A stretch of DNA of 32,181 nt from Nemertoderma westbladi. Its lineage: Eukaryota > Animalia > Xenacoelomorpha. Under the pieces are notes generated by a model. The model did not search any database. It had not been told where the DNA came from and saw nothing but the letters and a program-made list of their open reading frames with translations. The stretch covers positions 1 to 32,181 of the forward strand of contig JAUCBJ010001081.1 of NCBI GenBank assembly GCA_032718475.1, in the 5' to 3' direction. The translations under genes and the position numbers were made by a program. Within the stretch, counting starts at the first letter, position 1, and each line of letters opens with the position of its first letter. Positions 30,486 through 32,181 of this stretch are shown one piece after another.

Positions 30486-31955
30486 ATGTCTAGCGCCAAC
30501 CGAACGCCATCAACGAACCATCCATCAGTGGAAACGAGCTCGGACCTCATTGATATGAGGGATGAGCCCAGACGAGTATCAGTCGTGGATGGCAGGATCG
30601 AGTCGGGCCGAGAACTCGCCCGAACCCCGAGAACGAACCCAACACAAGCGGAGGGCGCCTGGCAACCAACAACGAGCCCAGGCGGTGTGGCACGCTCAAT
30701 TCCTGGGGCTGCTAGAGCAAGCATCGGCGCTCGCTTACGCACTAGCAGCTTGGTGGGAACTGGGCAGGGGCCACCCACTCAACCAGAACGAGCTGTCCTC
30801 CCAACTCACGAACCTGAACCGGCCAATATTCGACACGAACCTGAAAGAACCTCGACACAGACAACACGACCCAAAGACCCCCAGATCCAACGATCATCAC
30901 GATCACAACGAAGTGCTGTTCTGATTGACCCCCAACAACCAGAGATCCTTAAACGACGATCTCAACGAGCAGAACTGACTCTGTTTGGAACTGTTGAGAA
31001 CCCAACTGGTGAACTGCCGGTGGAACCGGAGCTAAGTATACTTTTAAATAAAATAACGGTCTACATAGATCATTTACGTGCGTGCGGAGAGGAACAAAGG
31101 GCTGTTGAGATTGAAGACCGGGTCAAAGCCCAGTGTCAATCTCGAGAGACCCGTTCCAATCCAAACGTTAGGAGGGAACCCAGAGGAACCCAGAGTGAAG
31201 ATCTAAGGGAGGGAGACCCGACCCCAAGCATTATCACCGAGGTGCCACGCGTTGATCCAGAGGATTCTGTGTCCCAGGTGACACCAGACTCCATCTGGGA
31301 GAACGTCCCTAGGCAGAATGATCGTGTTTCAGGGGTCGGATCTATACACTCATCCACGATCAATCGAATGAGAATGAATGCAGGGATTGAACAAGCAAGA
31401 ATGGAGCTAGCGGATGGCATGAGAGAACAAGAGCGTGAGTTAGAGAGAGAACATAAAAGGAGAGTAAGTGAACGTGAACTGGAAAGAATAGAAAAAGAGG
31501 AACGTGAGGAACGTGAGAAAAGGGAATGTGACAAAAGGGAACGAGAGAGAAGGGAACGAGTACAAAAGATAGCAGATGAGATGGAACGGGATAAAAGGGA
31601 AGGTGAGATTGAAAGGGAACGGGCAAGGGCCAAGAGGGAAATGGTTCGGCTAAATGCAGAACAGTGCATATTACGTATGGAAGAGGAGGCATCTCAACTT
31701 GGAATTTCCCAGAGGGGAAATAAAACCAAGTGTGATTCAATGAATATACTAACTACTGTAGAACCCAATAACCTAACTACTGTAGAACCCAATAACCGAG
31801 AAATTGAAAGTAACCTTCTAGCCATAGAAACACCCCGTTATCCATCACCCGTATGTAGAATATCAGCGCGTACAGTAAAGAAACCTGTTATTACATCAAC
31901 ACCCGAATATTGTATTAGTAGCAGAACACCAGCAATGACCTTTAATCACAATTAA
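30486..31955 (+). CDS. BEL/Pao-like Gag N-terminal region, apparently truncated
   Basis: Disordered N-terminus, PEDSVSQV motif followed by a Ser patch and a long E/R coiled coil, a layout I associate with BEL/Pao polyproteins; no zinc knuckles, protease or RT follow. Confidence 0.5.
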   Translation: MSSANRTPSTNHPSVETSSDLIDMRDEPRRVSVVDGRIESGRELARTPRTNPTQAEGAWQPTTSPGGVARSIPGAARASIGARLRTSSLVGTGQGPPTQPERAVLPTHEPEPANIRHEPERTSTQTTRPKDPQIQRSSRSQRSAVLIDPQQPEILKRRSQRAELTLFGTVENPTGELPVEPELSILLNKITVYIDHLRACGEEQRAVEIEDRVKAQCQSRETRSNPNVRREPRGTQSEDLREGDPTPSIITEVPRVDPEDSVSQVTPDSIWENVPRQNDRVSGVGSIHSSTINRMRMNAGIEQARMELADGMREQERELEREHKRRVSERELERIEKEEREEREKRECDKRERERRERVQKIADEMERDKREGEIERERARAKREMVRLNAEQCILRMEEEASQLGISQRGNKTKCDSMNILTTVEPNNLTTVEPNNREIESNLLAIETPRYPSPVCRISARTVKKPVITSTPEYCISSRTPAMTFNHN

Positions 31956-32025
31956 TCATTTATAATGGTTTTAGTTTAAAAGTTTTTACTTTGTTTGTTT
32001 GATTTACAATAAAATAAATTAAATA

Positions 32026-32181
32026 ATGTCTTCCGATTCCGAAATGGTTATGCCGATAGTAAGACATTCATTTTTTGCAGAAGATGGCGAGCCCTATATT
32101 ATTATTGATTATACAATTTACCGCCGGGGAGATGATAAATATAAAATCGATTTTTCTGAAAAAGCCAGGAAAGTTTTAACC
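32026..32181 (+). CDS. Unassigned ORF running off the window
   Basis: MSSDSEMVMPIVRHSFFAEDGEPYIIIDYTIYRRGDDKYKIDFSEKARKVLT, 52 open codons after an A/T-rich leader. Confidence 0.35.
   Translation, partial: MSSDSEMVMPIVRHSFFAEDGEPYIIIDYTIYRRGDDKYKIDFSEKARKVLT

Noticed and set aside
30281-31740. Minus-strand ORFs of 165, 177 and 126 aa
   Set aside because: Antisense shadows of the low-complexity 489-aa ORF

Overview
Animal (probably invertebrate) nuclear DNA dominated by nested retroelements around two host genes, both on the minus strand: exon 1 of TTC30/IFT70 (2694-3845) and an intronless MYND-EGLN/PHD HIF prolyl hydroxylase (18714-19997). Between them is a two-ORF APE-RT LINE (Rex1/Babar-like, minus, 5529-18447) bracketed by an exact 60-bp direct repeat. 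Its ORF2 is split by a complete Gypsy element (6243-13574; 414-bp LTRs identical by eye, CTAC TSD, tRNA-Pro-like PBS), and removing the Gypsy restores the frame. The left edge holds an ORF absent from the ORF track (524 to window edge, minus) that starts with a 9-Cys CXC-like cluster and abuts a 24-bp satellite. The right part holds a transposase-less element with TGT...ACA TIRs carrying a decayed unknown gene (21196-25008), an inverted second copy of its left arm interrupted by an RTE fragment, a BEL/Pao-like gag fragment and an unassigned ORF running off the end. All family calls come from motif recognition by eye; no searches were run.
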